From: Escherichia phage vB_EcoM_JB75
Direction: 5' to 3' (one strand)
Sequence record: MH355584.1
DNA length: 64,000 nt
In this document: positions 41,415 through 51,977 of the stretch, piece after piece
Numbering within the stretch: the first letter of the stretch is position 1
How the letters are laid out: each line of letters starts with the position of its first letter
Translations under genes and position numbers: made by a program
The notes under the pieces: generated by a model
Told to the model about the DNA's origin: nothing
Seen by the model: the letters and a program-made list of their open reading frames with translations, nothing else
Database searches by the model: none

Positions 41415-42874
41415 TTCTTAAAATTCTGAACGAAATAGCATCTATTGGTTCAACTAAGCAGAAGCAAGCAATTCTTGAAAAGAATAAAGATAATGAATTG
41501 CTTAAACGAGTATATCGTCTGACTTATTCTCGTGGGTTACAGTATTATATCAAGAAATGGCCTAAACCTGGTATTGCTACCCAGAGTTTTGGAATGTTGA
41601 CTCTTACTGATATGCTTGACTTCATTGAATTCACGTTAGCTACTCGGAAATTGACTGGAAATGCGGCAATTGAAGAATTAATTGGTTATATTACTGACGG
41701 TAAAAAAGATGATGTTGAAGTTTTGCGTCGAGTGATGATGCGAGACCTTGAATGTGGTGCTTCAGTATCTATTGCAAACAAAGTTTGGCCAGGTTTAATT
41801 CCTGAACAACCTCAAATGCTCGCAAGTTCTTATGATGAAAAAGGCATTAATAAGAATATCAAATTTCCAGCCTTTGCCCAGTTAAAAGCTGATGGAGCTC
41901 GGTGCTTTGCCGAAGTCAGAGGTGATGAATTAGATGACGTTCGTCTTTTATCACGAGCTGGTAATGAATATCTAGGATTAGATCTTCTTAAGGAAGAATT
42001 AATCAAAATGACCGCTGAAGCCCGCCAGATTCATCCAGAAGGCGTGTTAATTGATGGCGAATTGGTATACCATGAGCAAGTTGAAAAGGAGCCAGAAGGC
42101 CTAGATTTTCTTTTTGATGCTTATCCTGAAAACAGTAAAGCTAAAGAATTCGCCGAAGTAGCTGAATCACGTACTGCATCTAATGGCATCGCCAATAAAT
42201 CTTTAAAGGGAACCATTTCTGAAAAAGAAGCACAATGCATGAAGTTTCAGGTCTGGGATTATGTACCGTTGGTAGAAATATACGGTCTTCCTGCATTTCG
42301 TTTGAAATATGATGTACGTTTTTCTAAACTAGAACAAATGACATCAGGCTATGATAAAGTAATTTTAATTGAAAACCAGGTAGTAAATAACCTAGACGAA
42401 GCCAAGGTAATTTATAAAAAGTATATTGACCAAGGTCTTGAAGGTATTATTCTCAAAAATATCGATGGATTATGGGAAAATGCTCGTTCAAAAAATCTCT
42501 ATAAATTTAAAGAAGTAATTGATGTTGATTTAAAAATTGTAGGAATTTATCCTCACCGTAAAGACCCTACTAAAGCAGGTGGATTTATTCTTGAGTCAGA
42601 GTGTGGAAAAATTAAAGTAAATGCTGGTTCAGGCTTAAAAGATAAAGCCGGTGTAAAATCGCATGAACTTGACCGTACTCGCATTATGGAAAACCAAAAT
42701 TATTATATTGGAAAAATTCTAGAGTGCGAATGCAACGGTTGGTTAAAATCTGATGGCCGCACTGATTACGTTAAATTATTTCTTCCGATTGCGATTCGTT
42801 TGCGTGAAGATAAAACTAAAGCTAATACATTCGAGGATGTATTTGGTGATTTTCATGAGGTAACTGGTTTATGA
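41411..42874 (+). CDS. 30: ATP-dependent DNA ligase gp30 (487 aa)
   Basis: 487 aa as T4 DNA ligase; N-terminus MILKILNEIASIGSTKQKQAIL; adenylation motif KADGAR. Confidence 0.93.
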   Translation: MILKILNEIASIGSTKQKQAILEKNKDNELLKRVYRLTYSRGLQYYIKKWPKPGIATQSFGMLTLTDMLDFIEFTLATRKLTGNAAIEELIGYITDGKKDDVEVLRRVMMRDLECGASVSIANKVWPGLIPEQPQMLASSYDEKGINKNIKFPAFAQLKADGARCFAEVRGDELDDVRLLSRAGNEYLGLDLLKEELIKMTAEARQIHPEGVLIDGELVYHEQVEKEPEGLDFLFDAYPENSKAKEFAEVAESRTASNGIANKSLKGTISEKEAQCMKFQVWDYVPLVEIYGLPAFRLKYDVRFSKLEQMTSGYDKVILIENQVVNNLDEAKVIYKKYIDQGLEGIILKNIDGLWENARSKNLYKFKEVIDVDLKIVGIYPHRKDPTKAGGFILESECGKIKVNAGSGLKDKAGVKSHELDRTRIMENQNYYIGKILECECNGWLKSDGRTDYVKLFLPIAIRLREDKTKANTFEDVFGDFHEVTGL

Positions 42875-43059
42875 AAGCTTACTTAGAAACAATTGTCATT
42901 GCTCAAAAAGAAGGTGGAGATGTTTCTACTTCTGTATCACAAGTCATTCTCGAATTTGTAGATGCATACGCTTATAATAAATTCACAGAAACATTTGATG
43001 CCTATGAAAAAGGTCCAAAGTTTGAAATATACCGTACTCTCTTACCACTAGATTATTAA
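42871..43059 (+). CDS. hypothetical protein (62 aa)
   Basis: ATGA-coupled to gene 30; followed by a terminator hairpin. Confidence 0.45.
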   Translation: MKAYLETIVIAQKEGGDVSTSVSQVILEFVDAYAYNKFTETFDAYEKGPKFEIYRTLLPLDY

Positions 43060-43080
43060 AGGCCTTCGGGCCTTTAATTT
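43060..43080 (+). terminator. hairpin terminator upstream of alt
   Basis: AGGCCTTCGGGCCT hairpin followed by a T-rich tract. Confidence 0.6.
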
Positions 43081-43108
43081 TATAAATAGAATAAACACTA
43101 GAGAGGCT

Positions 43109-45166
43109 ATGATGGAACTTATTACAGAATTATTTGACGAAGATACTACTCTTCCGATTACAAACTTAAATCCAAAGAAGAAAATACCGCAAATTTTTTC
43201 AGTTCATGTTGATGATGCAATTGAACAACCAGGCTTTCGTTTATGTACCTATACATCTGGAGGTGATACTAATCGCGATTTAAAGATGGGCGATAAAATG
43301 ATGCATATTGTTCCTTTTACATTAACTGCTAAAGGTTCAATTGCTAAATTAAAAGGTCTTGGTCCAAGCCCAATTAATTATATCAATTCAGTTTTTACTG
43401 TTGCGATGCAAACAATGCGTCAGTATAAAATTGATGCCTGTATGCTTCGTATTCTTAAGTCTAAAACCGCTGGTCAAGCTCGACAAATTCAAGTTATTGC
43501 TGATAGACTTATCCGTAGTCGTTCAGGTGGCAGATACGTCCTTCTTAAGGAACTCTGGGATTACGATAAAAAGTATGCATATATTCTTATACATCGCAAA
43601 AATGTATCACTAGAAGACATTCCGGGAGTTCCGGAAATTAGTACTGAGCTCTTTACTAAAGTTGAATCGAAGGTCGGTGATGTTTATATCAATAAAGATA
43701 CTGGAGCTCAAGTAACTAAAAATGAGGCAATTGCAGCATCTATTGCGCAAGAAAATGATAAACGTTCTGACCAAGCTGTAATCGTTAAAGTTAAAATTTC
43801 CCGTAGAGCAATTGCGCAAAGTCAATCATTGGAATCTTCTAGATTTGAAACGCCGATGTTTCAAAAATTTGAGGCTTCAGCAGCAGAATTAAATAAACCT
43901 GCTGACGCTCCTTTAATTTCTGACGCTAATGAATTAACTGTTATTTCTACTTCAGGATTTGCATTAGAGAATGCTCTTAGTAGTGTTACAGCTGGAATGG
44001 CATTCAGAGAAGCTTCTATAATTCCTGAAGATAAAGAATCTGATGTTAATGCAGAAATAAAAAATAAAGCTTTAGAAAGATTACGAAAAGAATCTATTAC
44101 TTCAATAAAAACTTTAGAAACTATTGCTTCTATAGTTGATGATACTTTAGAAAAATATAAAGGTGCTTGGTTAGAAAGAAACATTAACAAGCATTCGCAT
44201 TTAAATCAAGATGCTGCGAATGAGTTAGTACAAAATTCTTGGAATGCAATAAAAACAAAGATTATTCGAAGAGAATTGCGTGGATATGCTCTTACCGCTG
44301 GATGGTCACTACATCCTATAGTCGAAAATAAAGATTCATCTAAATACACACCGGCACAAAAACGCGGAATTCGTGAATACGTAAGTTCAGGATATGTAGA
44401 CATAAATAACGCTCTTTTGGGATTATATAATCCAGATGAGCGTACAAGTATTTTGACAGCATCTGATATAGAAAAAGCTATTGATAATTTAGATTCTGCC
44501 TTTAAAAATGGTGAACGATTACCAAAAGGTATTACTTTGTATCGTTCACAACGAATGTTACCTTCAATATATGAAGCACTGGTAAAAAATCGAGTTTTTT
44601 ATTTTAGAAATTTTGTGTCAACATCATTATATCCAAATATTTTTGGTACCTGGATGACTGATTCATCTGTGGGTGTTTTACCAGACGAAAAGCGTTTAAG
44701 TGTTTCTATTGATAAAACTGATGAAGGACTAGTAAATTCTAGCGATAATTTAGTTGGAATTGGATGGGTTATTACTGGGGCTGATAAAGTCAATGTTGTT
44801 TTACCAGGTGGAAGTTTAGCACCTTCAAATGAAATGGAAGTCATTTTGCCACGTGGATTAATGGTCAAAGTTAATAAAATAACCGATGCATCTTACAATG
44901 ATGGAACAGTTAAAACTAACAACAAGCTTATTCAAGCTGAAGTTATGACCACAGAAGAACTCACCGAATCGGTAATTTATGACGGTGACCGTCTAATGGA
45001 AACCGGCGAAGTAGTTACAATGACAGGTGATATTGAAATAGAAGACAGAGTTGATTTTGCATCATTTGTTTCATCAAATGTTAAACAGAAAGTAGAATCA
45101 TCTCTTGGAATTATTGCGTCTTGTATAGATATTGCAAACATGCCTTACAAGTTCGTTCAAGGATAA
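43109..45166 (+). CDS. alt: Alt-family ADP-ribosyltransferase paralog 1 (685 aa)
   Basis: N-terminus MELITELFD conserved with the adjacent paralog; R-S-E motifs (LYRSQ, FVSTSL, EVILPRG); size close to T4 Alt (682 aa). Confidence 0.8.
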   Translation: MMELITELFDEDTTLPITNLNPKKKIPQIFSVHVDDAIEQPGFRLCTYTSGGDTNRDLKMGDKMMHIVPFTLTAKGSIAKLKGLGPSPINYINSVFTVAMQTMRQYKIDACMLRILKSKTAGQARQIQVIADRLIRSRSGGRYVLLKELWDYDKKYAYILIHRKNVSLEDIPGVPEISTELFTKVESKVGDVYINKDTGAQVTKNEAIAASIAQENDKRSDQAVIVKVKISRRAIAQSQSLESSRFETPMFQKFEASAAELNKPADAPLISDANELTVISTSGFALENALSSVTAGMAFREASIIPEDKESDVNAEIKNKALERLRKESITSIKTLETIASIVDDTLEKYKGAWLERNINKHSHLNQDAANELVQNSWNAIKTKIIRRELRGYALTAGWSLHPIVENKDSSKYTPAQKRGIREYVSSGYVDINNALLGLYNPDERTSILTASDIEKAIDNLDSAFKNGERLPKGITLYRSQRMLPSIYEALVKNRVFYFRNFVSTSLYPNIFGTWMTDSSVGVLPDEKRLSVSIDKTDEGLVNSSDNLVGIGWVITGADKVNVVLPGGSLAPSNEMEVILPRGLMVKVNKITDASYNDGTVKTNNKLIQAEVMTTEELTESVIYDGDRLMETGEVVTMTGDIEIEDRVDFASFVSSNVKQKVESSLGIIASCIDIANMPYKFVQG

Positions 45167-45169
45167 ATC

Positions 45170-47227
45170 ATGGAACTTATTACAGAATTATTTGACGGCG
45201 CTTCGGCGCCGGTTGTTAACTTAAATCCTAAGCATAAAATACCACAAATTTTTGCTATTCAAGCCGGCGAAGAAAGCGTGCTTCCTGGATTTAGATTTTG
45301 TACATACACCTCTGGTGGTGATACGAATAAAAACGTTAAGCCAGGCGATAAAATGATGCATATCGTAATGATAGGTGTTAATGAGAAACTATCATTAGTT
45401 AAGCTTAAAAACTTGGGTGGAAATCCAATTGGTGTCATTAATGCCGTTTTTGATACTGCTCTTCAAACAATGAAACAGTATAAAATCGACGCATGCCTAT
45501 TCCGCGTACTAAAAAGTAAAACAAATGGCGCAGCTCGTCAAATGCAAGTTATTGCTGACCGTTTAGTACGTACTAAAGGAGCAGGTCGATATGTTCTTTT
45601 AAAGGAAATCTGGGACTATGATAAGAAATATGCATATATTATGGTTTACCGTAAAAATGCCAATTTAGAAGACATTCCAGGTGTACCTCCTATTTCAACT
45701 GAGTTATTCACAAAAGTTGAATCAAAGGTCGGTGATGTTTATGTAGACGTTAAAACAGGAAATGCTGTTCCTAAAGCTGTCGCTGTTGCTGCTTCTATTG
45801 CTTTAGAAAATGATAAGCGCACGGACCAAGCTGTTATTCAGAAAACTAAAATCAGTCGTCGATTAGCAGCACAAGCTCAATATTCTACTGTTGATGCTTC
45901 ACTTCAGGGTGATAGCTTTGCTGCCAAGAAATATCAAGAGTTTGAATCTAAAGTTCCGGTATATAAAGCAGAAGGTCCGATGAACTCTGGCGTTATCCAG
46001 ATTGGTTCAAACTTCAGCAAAGGAGCTATCGGTGGTATGAGAAGTGCTTCTCGTTTTAAATCTAACGATTATGAACTAGAAAGCTTCCGAAATCATATTG
46101 CATTGGCCCATGCACGTTTACGTGATCCATCTATCAAGTTGCAGAGCGATATAACATATCAAGGTTCTCAAGAATATTTAAAGAATAAAGAATTCTTTGA
46201 TTATAAAACTGATAAAATTTTAAGCGATCTTGCTGACATTAATATTTCTAATAGCTTTGATGTTATTAAGAAAATTATCAATGATTTGGTTAAAGGTTCT
46301 AAAGCCACGCCAGATGAAAAGACAGCTATTATTCAATTTGTAATGAATGGCATTTATAAATTGATTAATGAATCTGCTGCCCAGGCATATGAATACGCAA
46401 GCACCGAAGTAGCTCCAAAAGGACTGACTCAGGCTGAATCTGATGTAATTGAAGATTATTGTGCAGATTCATATGTTGAAATGAACTCGTTCCTTTTGGG
46501 TAAACCAGATTCTACCCGTGAAGAATACATGGAACGAGCTATTAAGCACATCGAGACGTTAGATTCTGCCTTTGCCAAAGGATCAGTTCTTCCTCCAGGA
46601 ACTACACTTTACCGTGGGCAAGAAGTTACCTTTAAAACTTTGCGTCATAACATTGAAAATAAAATGTTCTATTTCAAGAACTTCGTATCCACATCGCTTA
46701 AACCAAATATCTTCGGTGAGCATGGTAAAAACTATATGGCTCTAGATGATTCTGGCGCAGTATTTTCTGGCGAAGGAGAAGGTTCCGTTGATACAGAAGA
46801 TTTGATGCATATGGGTAGTCATTCTACATATGCTAATGAAGATGCTGAAACTAGCGTGGGTATGGTAATTAAAGGAGCTGAGCGAATCAAAGTTATCGTT
46901 CCAGGTCATTTATCAGGATTTCCATCAGAAGCTGAAGTTATTCTACCACGTGGAATTTTACTGAAGATTAATAAAGTAAGTACGTACTTTATGAAAGAAA
47001 CTGCTTATAACAAGTATCTAATCGAAGGTACAATCGTTCCTCCTTCTGAACAATTAGAAGAATCAGTATATGATGGAGACCATCTAATGGAAACTGGTGA
47101 AGTTCGTCCAATGGCTGGATTTAATCAATTCCTTGTAGAAGAATCAAAAGAAGAGGAAAATGAAGTTTCTCAAATCTTGGCTTCTTTGGTTAACATCAAC
47201 GGAATGTCTAAAAAGTTCAAAATGTAG
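45170..47227 (+). CDS. Alt-family ADP-ribosyltransferase paralog 2 (685 aa)
   Basis: Tandem paralog with the same N-terminal about 200 aa and R-S-E motifs (LYRGQ, FVSTSL, EVILPRG) but a diverged central region. Confidence 0.8.
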   Translation: MELITELFDGASAPVVNLNPKHKIPQIFAIQAGEESVLPGFRFCTYTSGGDTNKNVKPGDKMMHIVMIGVNEKLSLVKLKNLGGNPIGVINAVFDTALQTMKQYKIDACLFRVLKSKTNGAARQMQVIADRLVRTKGAGRYVLLKEIWDYDKKYAYIMVYRKNANLEDIPGVPPISTELFTKVESKVGDVYVDVKTGNAVPKAVAVAASIALENDKRTDQAVIQKTKISRRLAAQAQYSTVDASLQGDSFAAKKYQEFESKVPVYKAEGPMNSGVIQIGSNFSKGAIGGMRSASRFKSNDYELESFRNHIALAHARLRDPSIKLQSDITYQGSQEYLKNKEFFDYKTDKILSDLADINISNSFDVIKKIINDLVKGSKATPDEKTAIIQFVMNGIYKLINESAAQAYEYASTEVAPKGLTQAESDVIEDYCADSYVEMNSFLLGKPDSTREEYMERAIKHIETLDSAFAKGSVLPPGTTLYRGQEVTFKTLRHNIENKMFYFKNFVSTSLKPNIFGEHGKNYMALDDSGAVFSGEGEGSVDTEDLMHMGSHSTYANEDAETSVGMVIKGAERIKVIVPGHLSGFPSEAEVILPRGILLKINKVSTYFMKETAYNKYLIEGTIVPPSEQLEESVYDGDHLMETGEVRPMAGFNQFLVEESKEEENEVSQILASLVNINGMSKKFKM

Positions 47228-47280
47228 TTTACAAGTCCCTCGTGTTGTGTTATAGTAGTCTTACTGACATAACATGAGGA
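47227..47280 (+). promoter_or_regulatory. early promoter cassette (PeSL-like), second copy
   Basis: GTTTAC -35, then the same 37 nt block as 31315-31351, including the SD. Confidence 0.65.
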
Positions 47281-47287
47281 ACACAAA

Positions 47288-47578
47288 ATGAAATCTTCTT
47301 TGCGCTTTTTAGGTCAAGAACTTGTAGTTGAAGGAGTTATTCCTGCTGATAATGCTTTTAATGAAGCAGTTTACGATGAATTTATCAAAATTTTTGGAAC
47401 AGATAAAAAGTTCGGAATTTTTCCTTCTGAAAATTTTTCAAAGCCAGAACAGACTGAAAGTATTTTCCAAGGTGTAGTAACAGGTAAATTTGAGTCAGAA
47501 GCTCCGGTAAAAATTGAAGTTTATATTGAAGACAGTTTAGTTGCTTCAGTTTCTGCTTTCATTTCATTCCGTAAATAA
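47288..47578 (+). CDS. hypothetical protein (96 aa)
   Basis: ORF with SD gaggaacac, preceded by the repeated promoter cassette; followed by a bidirectional terminator. Confidence 0.55.
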   Translation: MKSSLRFLGQELVVEGVIPADNAFNEAVYDEFIKIFGTDKKFGIFPSENFSKPEQTESIFQGVVTGKFESEAPVKIEVYIEDSLVASVSAFISFRK

Positions 47579-47584
47579 AAATAT

Positions 47585-47602
47585 GGGGACCGAAAGGTCC
47601 CC
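47585..47602. terminator. bidirectional terminator between converging transcription units
   Basis: GGGGACCGAAAGGTCCCC hairpin between a + strand ORF and gene 54 (-). Confidence 0.7.
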
Positions 47603-47606
47603 ATTG

Positions 47607-48572
47607 TTATATTGCTCCTAATATTTTACTCTGCGAATTGACAATTCCTGTCATAGTATTAATATTTGAAATGCTTCCTGTAGTTCCCCCTAATCTACTA
47701 AGTCGTGAAAGCGAATTAGATAGTCCAGTAACACCTCCACTATTTCCGAGAACGCTTTGAATACCATTTATAGTAGCAGATTCAAGCCATTCAAGGGCAG
47801 CTTGTCTATCAACTGCTCCAGCCTGCATCACTCTATACGCAAAAGTAACATCAAATGTAGTTATTTGGTTATCTCCATCATATGATAACTCAGGAGCGCT
47901 TACGGACACTGGAATGCATCCAGTGAACATCACCGCAGTATGTGGTAATCCATTGCGAGAATGAAGATTAACCTGAATATCTGCCTCGACATCTTGCGGC
48001 AAAGCACGCAATCCAGTTACTGGGTCTTGAACAGCGTTAACCCAGTCTTGCATTGCACGATAGTTACAAGCTTCTGAATCCATTCTGAATGAAATAACCA
48101 AAGGGTCTAATTCTCTCCCAGTTATACGAATATTAGGAGAATTATAGTTCCAGTCAGTTTCATAGGATAATCTATTCTCTGGCATTTTTACAGAGTATAT
48201 CATCAATCCAGATGAGTTATATGCCACGTTAAAGAAGTCAATTAAATATGTACCAACTGTAAATGAGCCTAATAAACTTTGAACTGTACGTTGACTCATG
48301 GCACCAATAAGATATTTACTAACCCCTGATTTTCTTATCAGTTTTTGTGTGCCAGCTGTAATTAGCGTAGTAATTCCCTGATTAATATCGCCTTGAGTTA
48401 ATCCTAACCAATCTGAATTTAGGCCCAAGTTATTATAAGAAAAGTTGCTAATTGAACTTATCAACGAAGAGCTTTTAGTTGATGGAGTTGTAGCAAAAAC
48501 ACAGCTGAACATATTATTACGTTGGAAATCTGCGTTTATTGCTTGATTATTAAATTCCTCTAAAGAATACAT
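47607..48572 (-). CDS. 54: baseplate tail-tube initiator gp54 (321 aa)
   Basis: Synteny (29-48-54) and length (T4 gp54 320 aa). Confidence 0.8.
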   Translation of the reverse strand: MYSLEEFNNQAINADFQRNNMFSCVFATTPSTKSSSLISSISNFSYNNLGLNSDWLGLTQGDINQGITTLITAGTQKLIRKSGVSKYLIGAMSQRTVQSLLGSFTVGTYLIDFFNVAYNSSGLMIYSVKMPENRLSYETDWNYNSPNIRITGRELDPLVISFRMDSEACNYRAMQDWVNAVQDPVTGLRALPQDVEADIQVNLHSRNGLPHTAVMFTGCIPVSVSAPELSYDGDNQITTFDVTFAYRVMQAGAVDRQAALEWLESATINGIQSVLGNSGGVTGLSNSLSRLSRLGGTTGSISNINTMTGIVNSQSKILGAI

Positions 48573-49666
48573 TAAAAAGTCCCCGCATATAAAGAAGCAC
48601 GGTTTAACGTGATAATTTCTCTCATAGTAATCTCGAGAGTAAATGTACTAGGGAGATTTGGAGCAATAGCTAATCCGTTAAAGTTACCATTAGGTGTTTT
48701 ATCAAATCTGATACTCTGGATTTGACATGGACCGAATATTTCCGTTTTTCCATCAAACTTAGATGTTGCACCAAAGTTTTTCACCATCCAAATTGTCGGG
48801 TTTGAAACTACAAGAACGTTAGTTAAACTCGATGTCATTTTCTCAAATAACGTCTTATTTTTAACTGCATCTTCTGGAGTTAACGGCTCAATAAAAGTAG
48901 AACGGTACCACTCATCTAAATATCCTTTTATTTCAGCAGCATATTGAGATTTACCAGTTTCACCGTAAGAAAAATAGTTAAAATACTGATAGATATTAAT
49001 AATAGCCATTAAATCTTCTGTTGAGCGCGGAGTCAAATCCCAAGTGAACACTTTAGTTCTATTTTCAGCACCGCCGTACATGCTTCTGGCTGTCGTATAA
49101 ATCTGTTCATTATTATCAGCCATTATACCTTGTGTTATACTTTCCAGCGCTCCAAATACTGCGGTTGAAGCCATATTGCTTAGCACACCAGTAGCAGTAC
49201 CTCCACCTTTTGTAATAAGACTATCTTGAACATCATTAAATCTATGTGATGACGTATCGACGTCAGATTTAGATCTAGGTAAAAGAATATTTGCAACAGG
49301 AACTTTACTTATTGTTCCTGAATTATTATCTGATATTAGTCCATTTGATAGTTTTGATACTGTATTACTGATAGTGTTTCTGGCTGTACGTAAAATACTC
49401 GAAGATGAAGAAGAGTAGTTAGATCTCATCGTTCTAAGACTTCCAGAATCCCTAGATGACATATTGTATGCAGTAAATAATAATCCATTCTTATATAGAT
49501 CTGTTACCTGGAAGTCCCCTGTAGTGTCATTACCACTAGCACGCCCAGTTGGAAACTGGGCTGTGTATGTTTTAGTTCCTACTTCTGATTTAGTACTCTG
49601 TCCGGCTGAAATTGTTTCACCGGACTTTTTAATTAAATCAGCAGTTATTTCTTTAACAATTGCCAT
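48572..49666 (-). CDS. 48: baseplate tail-tube cap gp48 (364 aa)
   Basis: 364 aa as in T4 gp48; synteny. Confidence 0.8.
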   Translation of the reverse strand: MAIVKEITADLIKKSGETISAGQSTKSEVGTKTYTAQFPTGRASGNDTTGDFQVTDLYKNGLLFTAYNMSSRDSGSLRTMRSNYSSSSSSILRTARNTISNTVSKLSNGLISDNNSGTISKVPVANILLPRSKSDVDTSSHRFNDVQDSLITKGGGTATGVLSNMASTAVFGALESITQGIMADNNEQIYTTARSMYGGAENRTKVFTWDLTPRSTEDLMAIINIYQYFNYFSYGETGKSQYAAEIKGYLDEWYRSTFIEPLTPEDAVKNKTLFEKMTSSLTNVLVVSNPTIWMVKNFGATSKFDGKTEIFGPCQIQSIRFDKTPNGNFNGLAIAPNLPSTFTLEITMREIITLNRASLYAGTF

Positions 49667-49674
49667 ATTATTCC

Positions 49675-51447
49675 TTAATTAACTCCCGTCGCACCAAATA
49701 CACCAGGAGCAGTTGTGCTTGTGACAGGTGTCATATTATGAACGACAGTATTTTTCTTAATAACATTATTAGTATTATTGATTGAAGGAGATGCTTGTTG
49801 AACAGGAGCTTGTTGTGCTTTGTTCTTTTCAATCACCTGGACCTGTTTTGCTTCTGGTGATTTAGCAGAAGTTTCAGGTTTTGCTTCAGGTTGATTTTTC
49901 TTGAGCTCTTGATAAGTGGCATCAATTTTAGCAAATCTAGAAGCAAGTTCTTTTTTAACTGCTGGTGAATTATTTAAATCCGGATCATTCATTCGTTTTT
50001 TAAGGTCTTCATGAGCAGCTTCAATTGATTTAACTGTCGAGTCTTTGCTCATATCAGCTGAATCAGCGTATTTTTCAAAACGAATCATCGCAGCACGAGC
50101 TTCATTAGCTTTCATTAAAGCATTTTTTCTTTCTTCCGGTGAAAGTTGTTTTAATTTTTCTTCTTCTGCTGCACGTTCTTCGTCAGTAGTCAATGCTTCT
50201 TTATTATCTACACCACGAATCCAGTTAGATGCACGAGTTTTCCAGTTCGCAATTTTGTCTAATCCTTTTGCTATTGGGCCAAGATCATCATTCATTCGTT
50301 TATCTTGATAATTTGCTACTTTTTCTTGGTCTTCTTTATTAAGAGATGCTCCAGTAGAATTTTGGAAATTTTCTAATGCTCTTCCTTCTACTTCATCAGC
50401 AGTATCCTTCATGCCAGGAATGACTCGAAGAATTGCTGCAGATAATTTAGCCATACCTAATTGAATAAGCTCTCCTAAATTATAAAGAACACTTCCAAGC
50501 CCTTCAACAATAGCTACTGTTAATCCGCCCCAATCTCCAGCTTCCCAGAACTTTTTAATTTCATCAATAGATTCAAAGATGCTTTGTAATAAAGGGCCCC
50601 AAGTTCCTGTTTCGCTTGAGAAAGTTTTAAAATCAGTGCTAAATAAATCCCAGGCTTTTGAAAATTTATCTGACCAGTATTTAAAATGAACCATCAGCAG
50701 GTCTATTCCAATAACAACAGCCATTATCAATGCAACCATTTTAGCAGCTTCAATAGCAGCACTGACGGTATACTTAAATAGCATGCTAGATATTTTATCA
50801 GTAATTGAAATAGATTTCTTAAATCCGAAATCAACTGTCTTTGTTAATTTATCTAAAGCTTGAGATAATTTTAAGTTAAATGCGTCTCTTTTTTGCTTCT
50901 CTTCTGGAGACTCTTGTTTTGGTTCAATTGGCTGAGGAGTAGGGAAAAAATCAGCATCAGGATCATTATTAACTGCTTCAGGAGCCGGTAATAAAGGACC
51001 CACAGATTCAGCTGTATCATCCTCGACGACTTTAACAGGAATAGCATTTTCGACTACTGCTAAACTCGTTCCAGTCTGTTGAATTCCAGCTGTTTGAATT
51101 TTTTGTTCTAATAAACTCGTTAATTTATCTAATTTGCTTCCGAGTGATTCGCCTATTTCTTTATTGATATTATTGCCAATTTCAACAGTCTCGGCAATTA
51201 ACTCAGAACCGGCAGTAGTATCACTCACTGCGCTTTCAACGTTATCAATTGCTCCAACTATTTCATTTGATTTTTCTTCAACAGTCTGAGCTATTAATTC
51301 AGAGGCAGCTTGAGCATCATCTAATTTTGTAGAAATGTCATTAAGACCAGATAAAGTATTAGAAGCGGATTTAGCCGCTTCCTGTGTTGGTTTATTATCT
51401 GAAATAACTTTTCTACGCATCGTTTGCATTTCTTGTGGCTTTTTCAT
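49675..51447 (-). CDS. 29: tail length tape-measure / hub protein gp29 (590 aa)
   Basis: 590 aa as in T4 gp29; synteny; low-complexity Ala/Glu/Lys-rich segments. Confidence 0.85.
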   Translation of the reverse strand: MKKPQEMQTMRRKVISDNKPTQEAAKSASNTLSGLNDISTKLDDAQAASELIAQTVEEKSNEIVGAIDNVESAVSDTTAGSELIAETVEIGNNINKEIGESLGSKLDKLTSLLEQKIQTAGIQQTGTSLAVVENAIPVKVVEDDTAESVGPLLPAPEAVNNDPDADFFPTPQPIEPKQESPEEKQKRDAFNLKLSQALDKLTKTVDFGFKKSISITDKISSMLFKYTVSAAIEAAKMVALIMAVVIGIDLLMVHFKYWSDKFSKAWDLFSTDFKTFSSETGTWGPLLQSIFESIDEIKKFWEAGDWGGLTVAIVEGLGSVLYNLGELIQLGMAKLSAAILRVIPGMKDTADEVEGRALENFQNSTGASLNKEDQEKVANYQDKRMNDDLGPIAKGLDKIANWKTRASNWIRGVDNKEALTTDEERAAEEEKLKQLSPEERKNALMKANEARAAMIRFEKYADSADMSKDSTVKSIEAAHEDLKKRMNDPDLNNSPAVKKELASRFAKIDATYQELKKNQPEAKPETSAKSPEAKQVQVIEKNKAQQAPVQQASPSINNTNNVIKKNTVVHNMTPVTSTTAPGVFGATGVN

Positions 51448-51977
51448 TCAAATAATCCAATAATATTGCCAATTCCGGTTATTGGACCATTAGGGCCAGG
51501 AATTGCTAAAGTTGTAGAAATATCATTTGCCCATTTTAAAACAAATGCTGGCATCTCAAGAAAATTAATTTCTTTAACTTCATCATTGACCTTAAGCAAG
51601 CATTTGGATAACATATCGCTTACAGTTAAAAATTGTTCAAATTTTCCAGGAGGTCTAAAATAAAATGTATTTCCTTGGTATTGAAATTCCAATCTTTGAC
51701 ATACATAAACGTCATTAATATCATAAGTATAACCATCTATTTCTTTACGAGATTTAATCTTTCCATTAAATTCCAATAAATGAATAGAAACGAAATCAAC
51801 TTCTGCCGGTGATAAATTCGGACAAATAGAATCAATAAGAAGTTTTAAATTTTCATCAGGACCTTTAACATCTTTTAAAATGTTATAATGTTTAAGACCC
51901 ATCTTAGGAATAGAAACTTCTTTATTACTTATTGGAAGAACTACTTTCTTCAGTGGTAGTATCAGATTTAAATTCAT
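51444..51977 (-). CDS. 28: baseplate hub distal subunit gp28 (177 aa)
   Basis: 177 aa as in T4 gp28; synteny. Confidence 0.75.
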   Translation of the reverse strand: MNLNLILPLKKVVLPISNKEVSIPKMGLKHYNILKDVKGPDENLKLLIDSICPNLSPAEVDFVSIHLLEFNGKIKSRKEIDGYTYDINDVYVCQRLEFQYQGNTFYFRPPGKFEQFLTVSDMLSKCLLKVNDEVKEINFLEMPAFVLKWANDISTTLAIPGPNGPITGIGNIIGLFE

